Program-made: the position numbers and the translations under genes
The notes under the pieces: model-generated
Seen by the model: only the letters and a program-made list of their open reading frames with translations
Databases searched by the model: none
Told to the model about the DNA's origin: nothing
Assembly: GCA_051294375.1 (NCBI GenBank)
Contig: CM119267.1
Coordinates: 3,032,297 to 3,096,296 of the forward strand
Source of the DNA: Paraspadella gotoi
Lineage: Eukaryota; Animalia; Chaetognatha
Reading direction: 5' to 3'
DNA length: 64,000 nucleotides
Shown: positions 38,419 through 53,753 of the stretch, piece by piece
How positions within the stretch are numbered: the stretch's first letter is position 1
Layout of the letters: each line of letters starts with the position of its first letter

Positions 38419-40489
38419 CTAAATAATTTATTTAATTATTAAATAATTCTCTCCTGAAATGACTAGAGTCTTAACTCTTAACTTAGACTAATCAATTATT
38501 TTCTATTTTTACGACTTACCGTGAGTTTGGGATTTTTGAAGGAAAGTTACTAGCGCGGTAGGTCAAGAGAGTAATCCACTTTTAAATGTAACTTATTAAA
38601 ATATCGACGTCTTAAACATTAAACAATCCATGGTTCACGACTTCTGCGCATCGAATCCGGTAGTCGCCCTTCACTCGCTCTTCTCTTCTCTTTTAACTAA
38701 ATTTTCCAGTAAATATTTTCCGAGAGAGTTTTAAAGTTTGAGAGTCGAACTCGAAGCGAAAAGGATTTTCAAGTTCACTTTTTTTATTTCTATTTTTTGC
38801 GAAAGATTTTTCACTTAGAGGGCGTTAGAGTGGCTCCCCAAATCTTTTTTTTTTAAATTATTTCACTAACGATTTTTCTTAGTAGTATCCCAAAGAATTT
38901 TGGTCCATTTCATTTAAGAAATTACACTTTTGTTGAGTTTTATTTCGTGTCGCTTGTGGTACTCGTAATCTTTAAATGAACAAAAAGGACGAATCACTTG
39001 ACAAGAGTCACGGCCATTGACGCTCGCCTCGAAGCTGAAGGCAAATTTGGGAAATGACGAGTCTCGAGAAGTCGACAAACCCCCGCCGCCGAAGACGTCG
39101 ACGACGACGACGACGACGAGGGAGGAAGAGGCGGAGGAGGCCGAAGTCTCACGGACGATTTGACTTCGATCTTTTTTCCTCGAAAGTAAAAATGTTTTTT
39201 CGGGAAGGGGAGGCGGAGGGGAATAATGAAAAGACGGGGAAGGAAGAAGAAGTGCGATTAGGATAGAAGGTGAAAGAAAGTGGAAGTAGCTATAAAAAAA
39301 ATGTAGTTTTAGTTTTTATTACTTTGAGTGGATTTTAATCTTAGAATGTAAAGAATGTTTTAAAGAAAAAACAAAAAAAATATTTTTTTTAAAAATGCGA
39401 ATGCCATTGAGAATGGTTTAATTACTTTTTGTATGGTGATTTTATAATTTTATAATTTTATAATTTTATAAGTGTCAATATTGAAAAACTAACTGGTTCA
39501 TTGTTTAAATCTGATATGTGTTTGTCCTCTATTACTTATTTCTCATTCGTAGCCATCACTCATCACTAATATTAAATGATTAGTTACTGAATATAACTAT
39601 AAGTATAACTATAACTATAAGTAATCCACTTAACGCTTAAACTATTTTGTTTTTAGGGCCTCCGATAGATGTCATCTCAAGTCAGAGGTTAAAGGCAGAA
39701 TTTTTTATAGTTTCGAGATAATATTCTTTTCATTCCAGATATTATTAAAATTCTATTTCTCAGTAAACAAGCTCAAACTGTCAAAGTGTATCGGAATATT
39801 AAGGAAATTACATATTGTTGTGTTGAAAGATATCGCTGAATAATATCTAAGGTTCTATGCATTCTTTGATAATGGTTTGAAAACAAAAATTAAGGCGGTT
39901 TACGTTATGAAAGAAAACTGGAAAGGTATCACATCTCATTCAATATGTTTTCGCCAATAAACTTTTTAAATATATTTTAAATAATAATTAAAATGTGATA
40001 TTTTGATGAAATTCCCGAACGTCTTTTGTTTACTTCTATCGAATTTCGAAAAAAACCACAAAACACCTCCGCCTCGTCCCCCCTTGTCTAGACTTCTTGG
40101 CTAAAAAAAATAATAAAATAAAGTACAGAGCTTATTCATTATTTTGGTAAATAACGGTAAATTATGGTAAATAAGCAGTTTTGAATGAATGTTCATATCT
40201 ATTCTCGCTCTTAATTTCGTGTTTCTTCTGTTTCTTAGAAATATGTAATGTTTTCTCCAACTCTACTGCGCCATTTACATTAATACATAATATTGCCATT
40301 AATTTTGCAATATTGTCAATGGCTGCTTTTCATTAGTGAAAACTGTTGTGGTATTGAGCTATTTCTGCTGACGATTTCAAACGATTTCAAAATGTTCATC
40401 AGCATTAATTTTTTGTGTATATTTTCAGAATCATCCTGACTCATAGTCACGAACTTGTCGTCACCACGATAATGTAGATAAGAAGTAAG

Positions 40490-40600
40490 AGATTTGATTG
40501 GTAAGATTCAATTGAATCATCTTCACGAAGTCTCGCGACGCTAAAACTCATTCCGCCATTTTCAGACTTTTCCTTGTCGTAATTTATACCGCCATTGGTG
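40490..40600 (+). promoter_or_regulatory. Candidate housekeeping-type promoter of NBR1
   Basis: A reverse CCAAT (gattgg, ~40495), a TCTCGCGA motif (40531) and YY1-like CCGCCATTTT (40553) and CCGCCATT (~40589) lie just upstream of the ORF. Confidence 0.35.
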
Positions 40601-40851
40601 CAGATAAACGATTTTCTAATTAAATTCCAGCTTTCTTAGAAAGAACTTTCTTTGAATCAAAACTCAAAGTATAAAAAAAAAAGGTTATAATCAAGAGAAA
40701 TTAAGAGACTTTCATTATTTTCTTCCACGACCAAGTACTGTACATTTGATCAAAAGCCTCGAATCTTTATAAAAGGATATAATGGAGTCAATCGCATCGA
40801 GTTTTCCGGTTCGTCCAAAGTTACTCCAGCACCACTTCTTCAAAAACAACA

Positions 40852-43410
40852 ATGCGAAGTCAAGCAAAGGACAAAATTAGTCAAAGTCAAAGGAAGATCT
40901 TCAATTCAGCGCCTCGACCTCCCATCATCGCCCTGCCTTATTCCAAAGAGTCAAAGAGTTCCAAGACCAAACGAGAGAGTGCCTCCTCCTCTTCCTCCGA
41001 TGCCCGCCCGCGCTTCCCGACCATCCTCCTTCGATTTCAGACGCAGTCGTCCGACAAGTTTGGAAAGATTTGGGCTTCTGGACCCAGGTGGTGCCACGTC
41101 CGATCCTACATCAAAACGCTGGCGAGGGATTTCTACCGCATCACTGACCTTCAGGACGAAGACATCCTCGATCGCTACGAGCTTTACTACAAGGACAACG
41201 AGAACGACCGCGTCCGCATCGACACCGAGGAAGAGTTTGAGCTGGCCAAGAAGGAGATGCTGCCCAAGATGGAGACGCTGGAGATCATTATTAGGCCCAA
41301 GAAGAAAAAGGGGGTGGATCCCAAGCCCGAGAAGGCGGAACGCAAGAGTAAGAAAGAAGCTAGAAATTCTGGCGAAGATAAAAAAGAGTCTGAGGTGAAA
41401 GAAAAACCCGCAGCTGATTCCGAAGTCACAACCGTGGTCATTAATCCTTTGGTCGACAAGAACGACAAGCGAGGCAAGAGTAAATCACCCGCGACGTCAT
41501 TTTTGATTCGCAAAGATTATCCACCAAAGTTGAACGATAACAATCCCGGGGGCACGTTCTCGGAAATTAATCCCACAAGGAGGTCCACCTCAGAAAAAGC
41601 CCCCAAGTGGATGGCCAAAGCGATGAAGGAGATGAGAGAGGCTCTAAAGGAGGATATCAAATCAGAGCATTCGGCCTTGCTCGAGACTCTCTCCTCGCGC
41701 GAGAGCCTTGCTTCCAAATGTGGTTCAGTTTCGGCCAGACCGAACCCCAATGCGCCAGAGTCCTCGTTGCCTCTTCATCCGGGCGTCGTTTGCCATCTCT
41801 GCGAGGAACCCATCAGAGGAATTCGCTTCAAATGCGTCAACTGCTCGGATTTCGATCTTTGTCAGAGTTGCGAGAGCTTGGACATGGGCGCGACCGCCAT
41901 CGGGGATCACGACAACGACACTCATATCTTCTTGAAGATACGTCGTCCTTTGCCCGAGTGGGAAATCGAGAAGCCAATGCTGCCAAATTTATTTGAGAAA
42001 ACCGCCATGGCGGAGTCGGTCAATGCGGTCTGGGTGGAATCGACGGAGGAAAGTAAGAAAGACGAAGCAAAGATCGAGAATTTTTTCGAGAGAATGAAAT
42101 CGAAGCCGATGTTTGAAACGGCCCGTTGTTCGGATTCCGCCTCCGATGCTGACGACTTCGAGATGATCCCTCTTCCCGAATGCTTTGACGTCGCTGGAGA
42201 TGGTTCCACTCCGCTCTGGTCTATTGGGTCCGAATCGGAAGACCCCAAAGATCTTGGAGAGGCGCCTAGACCTCTCGAGGATGACCAATGTCTCGCGGGC
42301 TCCTTAGATAGTCTGTCGCTGGCCTCGTGCGGATCCGAGAGCGACTACGAGAATGCGTGCGGTGATCGCGAACCAGAGAATCGTCCAACCGAAAGGGATG
42401 AGAGTGATCGAGCTCGAACCGAGGACAACGACACCGGTGAAGTCGAGGATCGAGAGGAGGACAAGTTTGAGGACACGTTCGACGACACGGTCGCTAAAAC
42501 AGCGGGCCTTTCGCCCTCTTCAGAGGTAGAGCAACCGCAACAGCCCAGCGTCGAAACGCCGCTTTATCGCGATCGGGAAACTGGACAGGAAACGGAACCC
42601 GCTGAAATTGAGTTGGAGACAGAGAAACCTAGCGCAGGTTCAAATATTCTGAACACCAAGACAGAATTTCAGGCAGAACCAAATGATACAGAAACGGATC
42701 GTACTGGTGACGATGCAGTCCAATCAGGGACTGGAGTGAAGGTTGTCGATGGTTCATCCACGACCGATTCCGGTGCAAAAGTCAATACTACTTCGGAAGA
42801 CGAAAGCAGCGAATCCAATCAAGCCCAAGCGGGCCAAGATGGCGCATGCTCTGCTCAAGTTCCGCTTTTACCAACCATGGATTCCCTAGTAAACATCGCT
42901 TCCGACGCCGCCCATAGAGCCTATGACCTCACCCGAGGTCGATGGCCCGGGGGATTTTGGAATCATTTCCCCGCTCTCGATAACGACACCTACCTATTAG
43001 TACCAACGGTCGAACGGGCCCCGGCCCAACTTATTCACGCTGCGCCCCCACCGATGCACCCGCCGGTTCCACCCATGCATCCACCCCATCCACCTCCGCC
43101 TCCCCCGCATTTTCTTCCTCCGCCTCCTCCGCCTCCTCTGCTCCCTGGTCCGTCCTTTCCTCCCTTCTTCCAGTTTCCTGGATGTTCCGAACCGGTTATG
43201 GCTGTGGCTCCGGTTTCGGCTCCGGTCGCGGCTCCTCCGGCGCCCACGGTTCGCCAACCCATGTCCCCGATGGAGCAACTGATCGATATGGGATTCGCCG
43301 ACAGATCGCTCAATCGTCGTATTCTGACGGAAAACAACAATGATGTCTCTGCTACCGTAACGCGACTTCTCAATGAGAACAATAACAATTGGTACCATCT
43401 TCGCCATTGA
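40852..43410 (+). CDS. NBR1: NBR1-like selective autophagy receptor (PB1-ZZ-LIR-UBA), single coding exon, 852 aa
   Basis: PB1 (YYKDNENDRVRIDTEEEFELA), ZZ finger (HPGVVCHLCEEPIRGIRFKCVNCSDFDLCQSCE), NBR1-type LIR (DDFEMIPLPECFD vs human SEDYIIILPECFD) and a C-terminal UBA (LIDMGFADRSLNRRIL...NNNNWY vs human FEMGFCDRQLNLRLL...NNNDWY). Confidence 0.88.
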   Translation: MRSQAKDKISQSQRKIFNSAPRPPIIALPYSKESKSSKTKRESASSSSSDARPRFPTILLRFQTQSSDKFGKIWASGPRWCHVRSYIKTLARDFYRITDLQDEDILDRYELYYKDNENDRVRIDTEEEFELAKKEMLPKMETLEIIIRPKKKKGVDPKPEKAERKSKKEARNSGEDKKESEVKEKPAADSEVTTVVINPLVDKNDKRGKSKSPATSFLIRKDYPPKLNDNNPGGTFSEINPTRRSTSEKAPKWMAKAMKEMREALKEDIKSEHSALLETLSSRESLASKCGSVSARPNPNAPESSLPLHPGVVCHLCEEPIRGIRFKCVNCSDFDLCQSCESLDMGATAIGDHDNDTHIFLKIRRPLPEWEIEKPMLPNLFEKTAMAESVNAVWVESTEESKKDEAKIENFFERMKSKPMFETARCSDSASDADDFEMIPLPECFDVAGDGSTPLWSIGSESEDPKDLGEAPRPLEDDQCLAGSLDSLSLASCGSESDYENACGDREPENRPTERDESDRARTEDNDTGEVEDREEDKFEDTFDDTVAKTAGLSPSSEVEQPQQPSVETPLYRDRETGQETEPAEIELETEKPSAGSNILNTKTEFQAEPNDTETDRTGDDAVQSGTGVKVVDGSSTTDSGAKVNTTSEDESSESNQAQAGQDGACSAQVPLLPTMDSLVNIASDAAHRAYDLTRGRWPGGFWNHFPALDNDTYLLVPTVERAPAQLIHAAPPPMHPPVPPMHPPHPPPPPPHFLPPPPPPPLLPGPSFPPFFQFPGCSEPVMAVAPVSAPVAAPPAPTVRQPMSPMEQLIDMGFADRSLNRRILTENNNDVSATVTRLLNENNNNWYHLRH

Positions 43411-44536
43411 ATCAATAAATATTCGAAAATTGGGGGAAAAAAAGCAAAGTCAGCGTTTAAAATTGAATTTTATGTATTTAAGGAAATTTCTTTGAGTTTA
43501 TTTCATTATGTAATCGATTAAAAGCCTAAGGGGATTCCGGCGTAGTATTCAATATTTTTAAAAATCCGTGAAATTGAATTAACGATGTACATATGACTAT
43601 TGGTCATTTCTTTGTTATATATTTTATGATAAGAACAGATTTCAATGAATCTTGGCCATTGGCCATTCACTAATCAATGACAATTTTGTAAAGACTTTCA
43701 AGAATGATTACGCGTATCGCATGTTTCAACTTCTCAATCAAGATTAATTTTCACACAATTTAATGCAGTAATTGTAAATGTTTGAATTATGAACTTCAAG
43801 TAAGAATAGATTACCAAAATACGACGATGCTCATAAAATGATTTACTATACTTCTCAATTATTAGTGTCAAATTTTAAGGATTTATTTTCTCAAAGTTTG
43901 GCTGCAATTTAAGGCTTTTGTTAACATTTTTTAATAACATGAACATTGAACATGTTTTTTAAAGAAAATACCTATTGCCAAATTCCTCTGCACGATATAA
44001 ACGCACCATCCCGGCTTTTGGCATGAATTACATATCGCCGTTGTAAGTCGAACCCCAGCTATTTATCCTAGTCATTTTTCTTTTATCATGGAACCCTGTT
44101 GGAACCTGTCTGTTAACACCCGAGAAAGGGCCTATTATGATACACTAGCTTAGTTGATAACTTCTAGTAATACTGAAAAAAAATTTTACTTTATGTATGC
44201 TTGTGCTATATCACCCGATAATATCTGCTTTATAAATGTGAACAGGATGTTAATAAAAAAAAGAAACTGACTTTAAATATATTTGTAACACTTCGTACCT
44301 TCCACGATCTTAACAATTGTGATCCATAGCGAAGGTTTGGAAGAGGAGGCCGCGCTTCAGAAAGACGGTGGGTAATACAAATGGTAACACAAGTTTGATT
44401 GATGTATTGATTGTATGATTGATATATTTTAATTTTGGTTTAAATAGCGGTCTCGAGGGCGGGATTCGAAAGTCGCCCATTGCGATTCGGAGGCGTCGCG
44501 GGAAATCAGACGGAAGAATCAGATGATTTCGTCGAG

Positions 44537-47500
44537 ATGGTGACGAAGCAGCAACAGCAGCATCAGGAGCCAGATGGCAATGGTGGTGGAATGGGCGGCG
44601 TAGGGATCGGCGGACAGGGAGGGCCTGGCGTGGGCGGCCCGATTGGCCCTCCCAGAACCCAGTCTCAGGTGCTTCGACAGCCTCTACCATTTTATGTTCA
44701 TTTTCGTTACCAAATTCACATTTTCCTTTCATGTGAAAATTTATAAATATATATTTAAAAATATTCATTAAAATTATTTATTACAAATTTTATATTTTTT
44801 ATCTTATTTTTTATTTTTTATATTTTTTATCTCCTCCTCCTCGATTGTTGCGCGTGAGCTGTTGATCGTTGTTGTTGTTGTCGTTAAGTCGTTGTTATTG
44901 TTATCGTTGATGTTACTATTATCATTTTTTATTAATTTTTGTTTTAAATAATCTAAATCTGAAGACATAATATTATTAATGGGAGAGGGTTGTTAGTTTT
45001 GTCTTTTGGAAATAGTGGGAGCATCTATACAACACAAGGTTATATTACTTCCTGCCCCAGTTTTCTAAATAGATATCACACATCATTTCTGTAAGAAAAT
45101 CACTAATGAGAACCTCAATATCTAATAATAGTAATGATGATAATAATATCTATATTTTTGTCAGTATTCCATTCCTGGCATCCTTCACTTTCTCCAACAC
45201 GAATGGGCGAGATTCGAAATGGAGCGCTCTCAGTGGGACGTGGAACGCGCGGAACTCCAGGCTCGCATCGCGTTCCTGCAGGGAGAACGCAAGGGCCAAG
45301 AAAATCTCAAGCAAGATTTGGTTCGCCGAATCAAAATGTTGGAACACGCTCTCAAGCAAGAGCGTGCCAAGCTGCATAAACTCAAGTACGGCGTCGATTT
45401 GAATCAAGAAGAGCTCAAGCCTCCGGCATTCGACTCTCCCACCGAGGAAAATTTTGACAACAATCACGACCGGAACAACGCCAACTTGTCGTGGCGACAA
45501 GGCCGGAAGCTGCTGCGCCAGTACCTCGAGGAAATCGGCTACACTGACACCATCATCGACGTCCGGTCTCAACGCGTCCGATCCTTCCTCGGCCTCCAGG
45601 GGAGAGACAATGACAATGATATCTCGAACAGCGTCACCGGTGGCGATCTCGTCAATGGTGACGCCAATGGAACGCAACAAGGTGGAAAGAGGGATATGGC
45701 GAGACAGCAAGGCGGACAAGGAAAGGTAGATTTGAAAGGGAAAAAAATGACTACGTTTTTGTAAGTGTATATGAGATTAAGCTGAGAAAAGTTATTTTGT
45801 GGCAGATGGCGCTCGAGAATCAGGAGGAGGCCGTTCTCGCGACATTTGACTTCCTTCCCGGCGACATCGATGACGATGGCGACATGTCCGATGAAGACGA
45901 TGGTTCGGACGCCGATGTTGAGTCCGAAGACTCTTTATTAAGTGAGACGCTTCTTAGATAAATATTAATAAATGGTAAATTAAATGAAAAAGAAAATTAA
46001 AAAAAAAAGTTGAGTGAAAACGGAAGAAAGATGAGTGGAATCTGTAGAAGAGACTAGAAGCGTGAATATCAACTATATCAGTATAATGAAGAGAGGTGGG
46101 ACAAAGTAAGTGGTAACCGAGTGGTAATTTGTCCGACCCACAAAATGTCCCTTTAATTCTCAGGTCGCAATTTAAAAGTGAAAAGAAAAGTCGGAGGAAT
46201 GATGGAAAACGAAGCGCCCATGGAAGAGGATTTGGGTAAGGATTTTATTGTTTTGAGGACAAGCAAACTGTTGGATGCAATTCTAGAGTTCTTTGATAGT
46301 TTGCATAAACGTTCCCTTTTTCACTTGTCTTCATCTTCATCTTCATCTTCATCTTAATCTTCATCTTCAAGTAATTCTTTTCATCTTCCAGAAGAAGAAT
46401 CAGCTTTGGCAGAGTTCGATTTCCTCACCTCGGAAACGGGAAGCGGCGAGGGTCACAGCGATCGCCCCGATGAGACTGGGTGGTCGCCTACCAATTTGGG
46501 CGGCGTGCTGCATCCTTACCCGGGAATTAGGCAAAACTACCCTCAGGTTTCTTTCCCTAATTTTGGGAATTGTAGAAATCGCTCGTTTTGTCAAAATATT
46601 TTCTATAATGTTTTTTTTTTCACATTTTTATTTTTAGCCGAATGTCGATTTTGAAATAAATTACTAAGGAGGTTAGAACGGAAGCCTTCTCTTGAGTTTA
46701 ATTGACAATTTCAATGCAAACGTTACATTAGTTTATTTTGTGCATTATTTTTTAGTAGATCTTGTCGATGTCTTTTCTTTTTAACAGACTCATGTCGCTA
46801 CCAACGAACAAGAAACGGGTCTGGATATTGGAGAGTTGTCCGAGGTAAAGTATTCAGTAAACCTTTGAATCGAATTAATCATGAGCATCAACTGCATTGA
46901 AACATTTTTGTCCAGATCACGATACAAAACGAACCCTCGGCGACGAACGCCTCTGGATCTCCCGGCGCCCCCTTCCGGAAAACTTGGTCTCCGAAATACA
47001 CTTTGCGAAGTCACTTTGACTCGGTCCGCGCTCTTTGCTTTCATCCTATAGAACCTGTTCTCATAACCGGTAAGGATCTTTTTTAAAAATAATATTTCAT
47101 CAAGTTGTTCCATCAAAAAATAAAATGTATCCTTTCTCGCCTAATTTTTCAGCCAGTGAAGATCACACATTAAAGCTCTGGAATCTTCAAAAGACCGTTC
47201 CGGCAAAAAAATCCGCGGCTCTGGATGTAGAGCCAATTTACACTTTCCGCGCGCATTCGGGGCCGGTTCTCGCTCTGGCCATTCATCCTAGCGGCAGTCA
47301 CGCTTACAGGTTTGCAATCGTACGATATGTCAGCGAACGCCATACCACCTCCCCTCCCCCCGCCAGTGCTAATCTGTTCTTTGCACCTTAATCCCAGTGG
47401 AGGTTTTGACACCACAATACGCGTTTGGAATATTCCATCTTCGAACATGGACCCATATGATGCATTTGATCCTTCGGTAAGCCCATCGGTATTTCCGGTT

Positions 47501-48717
47501 TAACTGTCACATTGTTTTAAGTGCTGAAAAATATACAATAGTCTCAATTAATATTCTGATATTTGTCTACCGAGTTACTTATTATTTCTCAGTAATATCA
47601 GTAATTATCAGTATGAGTATTGGGTAAGTTTTATACGTAAAATAATGACGGTTTACTTGAAAATGTTCCAGGTATTGGCAGCGACATTGGTCGGTCACAC
47701 CGACGCCATTTGGGATCTGGCGGCCTGGCAAGGAGTCGTGGCTGGCCCTGCGGCGACCGGCGGACCGAGCGTCCACAGGGATCACCTTTTGTCCCTATCG
47801 GCGGATGGAACTGTCAAATTATGGGATCCTTTGGCGCAGGTTTTCACTCAACCTTAGATTATGTAACATGAATCAATCAAAGTTAATCTTAAATTTAAAC
47901 GTTTGACAGGATCCCCTCTTGAATACCTTCGACGTGAGCTCTGACCACTCCTCCTCCCCAACCTCGGTTGACTTCATCCGCAGCGGGAGCGGTGCTGGTC
48001 AGATGGTCGTGGGTCTCAGCAATGCCGGAGCAGCCATTTACGATCTGGAGACGGCCAAACCGATCGTCAACCTCGAATCGAGGTTAGCGTAAAAGTAGTG
48101 TATGTAGTATATTATGGCAACAGCCGGGTTGCCGCTGATGCCCATTGGGATGGGGCATCTCACTGTTGGCTTTGGGGGCTTCCGACCCTCAGTGACGCCT
48201 CCTGTCACTTCGGAGAACCATAACTAATCAATCACAATATGTGCTAAAAGAAATGGAAAAATAAAGAGAGGGTCGTTCGCTTTCGTCTGCTTTATCTTTG
48301 AATTAGTACACCATTGCATTGATCGTCTTTTCTCATTAACTCTCATTATAACATACATAATATATAACATATATAACATCGCAGGGTGACGTCCGATGAT
48401 TCGGTTCAAACTCAAATCAACAAAATCATTTCACATCCATCGTTGCCAGTGACGATTACAGGTGAATTTCACGTCGAGTGAAGACGAGCTTTTTCAATCA
48501 TTTTGACTTCCTCCGCTTTCTTCAGCCCACGAGGATCGCCACATCCGTTTCTTCGACAACGGAAGCGGGAAAATGATTCACTCGATGGTGGCGCATCTCG
48601 ACGCCGTCACCTCGTTGGCCGTCGACCCCAACGGCCTCTACCTTCTAGCGGATCACACGACTGTTCAATCCGACTCTGGAATTTGGATTCCAAGACGTGT
48701 GTACAGGTCAGTTGGAA

Positions 48718-48811
<94 letters not shown>

Positions 48812-48955
48812 CTGACCACCCTTCTCTCCCTTCTCTAGGAAATAACCTCGCATCGAAAGAAGTTCGACGAATCGATCTTCGGCGTAGCGTTCCACCCGTC
48901 AAAGCCCTACATAGCTTCCGCGGGCGCCGACGCTCTGGCCAAAGTTTTCGTTTAA
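44537..48955 (+). CDS. STRN: Striatin family protein (STRN/STRN3/Cka; PP2A B''' STRIPAK scaffold), ~14 exons
   Basis: Exon 45165-45725 encodes YSIPGILHFLQHEWARFEMERSQWDVERAELQARIAFLQGERKGQENLKQDLVRRIKMLE. Later exons encode WD40 repeats (LRSHFDSVRAL, SEDHTLKLWNL, GHTDAIWDL, AHLDAVTSLAVDPNG) ending GADALAKVFV*. The start codon is uncertain, and there is one apparent 1-bp frameshift at ~48645. Confidence 0.95.
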
Positions 48956-49127
48956 AGGTGCTATAAGTCGCTAGCCTGAATTATAGGTTTGTGGCGGCTC
49001 GAAAACTGATTGGTGTAATTAGCGATCTCATTATGAGGTAACAGGGAATCAATAACTTTTTTTTTTTCCAAAATATACCTTGTATTTTTGAATAAGATCA
49101 TCAGTACAGTGGAGAGTATTGACTTTT

Positions 49128-49220
<93 letters not shown>

Positions 49221-50224
49221 GTTAAAAAGTGTGAGAATAACAGACCAACTATAAAAGATTAAAGAAATTCGAAAGACTTTTTTTAATTCACAATAAATCT
49301 AATAATGAAATCACCAATTATACTTTCTGTGATTGCCAACTCAAACTCGTAAAATTTAATTAGTTTTCGTATCCCGTCGCAAAAAAGAAGAAAGATAAAA
49401 AAAAAAAAACATTTCCATTCCCCATTCGACTAAGCACCAATTTTGATTTTTAAAAATTCGTGCAAAAAGTTTTTATTTATTTTGTTGTTGCCTTTTCTGA
49501 CAATTTTTTTTGCGCTTGTGTAAAAAAAAAAAAAAAAACACGCATGGAAACAAGTATGCCCTGTATTTTTTTGTAATCTGTATTAGGATAGATATGTTTA
49601 AGTAGGTAAGACGAAATAAGAGCTTGAGTTTGAATAATTAGTTCTTTATTTTTTTTGTTGTCCTGCGGTCTCTGTATACGCATAACGCATCTAGTTTTTG
49701 ATTAAAAATCTTGTAACTTATCACTTTTAAGTCTAATCATGCCGTTTTTTTAAACATTAATATTGTAATCACCCTTAATATATATCTGTTTTATCAAAGC
49801 AACAACTTTCTTAAGGCATTTGTAAAATTCACCCTCATCTCCCACAGATTTTCTAAAATTTCCATTGTGCAACTGTTAAACATAATTTTACTAGATTGGG
49901 ATTTATAATCTAATTGTTTTTTTTAACTAAAAGATGATGAATACTTATATTACTTATTATTAGCTCCAGAGATCCTAAGACCATTTTGTGGTTGGCGATT
50001 TCTATTAAGTAGTATATATTTTCCTTTTGGATACGTTTCTTTTTTCCCCGCCTTCATCACTGCAATAATTATAGTATCATGTGTACAGAAACATCGTTTG
50101 AAATTTACAAAACAATTTTAATAAATATTAAGTCCTTGCGCATTATTGAAATTACATCGAACATAGTTCAGTTAAAAAATAAGCTATCGAATTAGACGAC
50201 AACATAGATTCCACAGCAATGAAA

Positions 50225-53080
<2,856 letters not shown>

Positions 53081-53753
53081 CTTGCGAATAATATACTGTA
53101 TAATATACTATAATGTATATAAATTATATAGTGGATTTTGATTATATTTTTTCTCGACAAAAATTCGCAGTTCATTGACCTCCCCTTTCGAAATAAGTTT
53201 TTTTCCGTGGTCAATGGCAACGGCTGAAAGTCTTTTGTCACTTTTGTGTCGTAACGTATTTCGTTCAAAGAGGACTCTGTGCCCGATTGTCAAAAAAAGG
53301 CTCGAGCGACGACGAAAAATAACAAAAAGAGCAACGCTTCCTCTCGCCAACTCTCGCTCTGCGATTTTTTTTTTCTCGTTCCCGTCGATGTAACGACCAT
53401 CTGACACTGACACCGAGTTAATTGGGTTCCCGCACCGTCGGGACTCTCTCTCTCTCCGTTCTCTCTCTCTCTCTCTCCGTTCTCTCTCTCTCTCTCTCTC
53501 CGTTCTCTCTTTCTCTCTCCTCTTCCCCACTTTTTTCATTTTCTTCTTTTTTGCGTGGGACTGTTTAAGAGATCTCGTTCTCTTTTTTTTTTAGCTCCCG
53601 ATAACTCACCTTAGCGACTTTACCGTCAATTATGTACTATTATTTTTTTAAACGCATTTTTCATAATTGATAATGTGAAAATAATTACCTGATTTAATTA
53701 GGCGGTTTTTTTTAATGACTTAAATGGAAACCTTGCGTCAAATTTTGTTTTTC

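Noticed and set aside
48640-48652. Frameshift in a striatin WD40 exon (GLYLL/SGSHDCSIRLW) suggesting a pseudogene or recoding
   Set aside because: A single missing base in an otherwise highly conserved gene, in an indel-prone assembly, is most likely an error.
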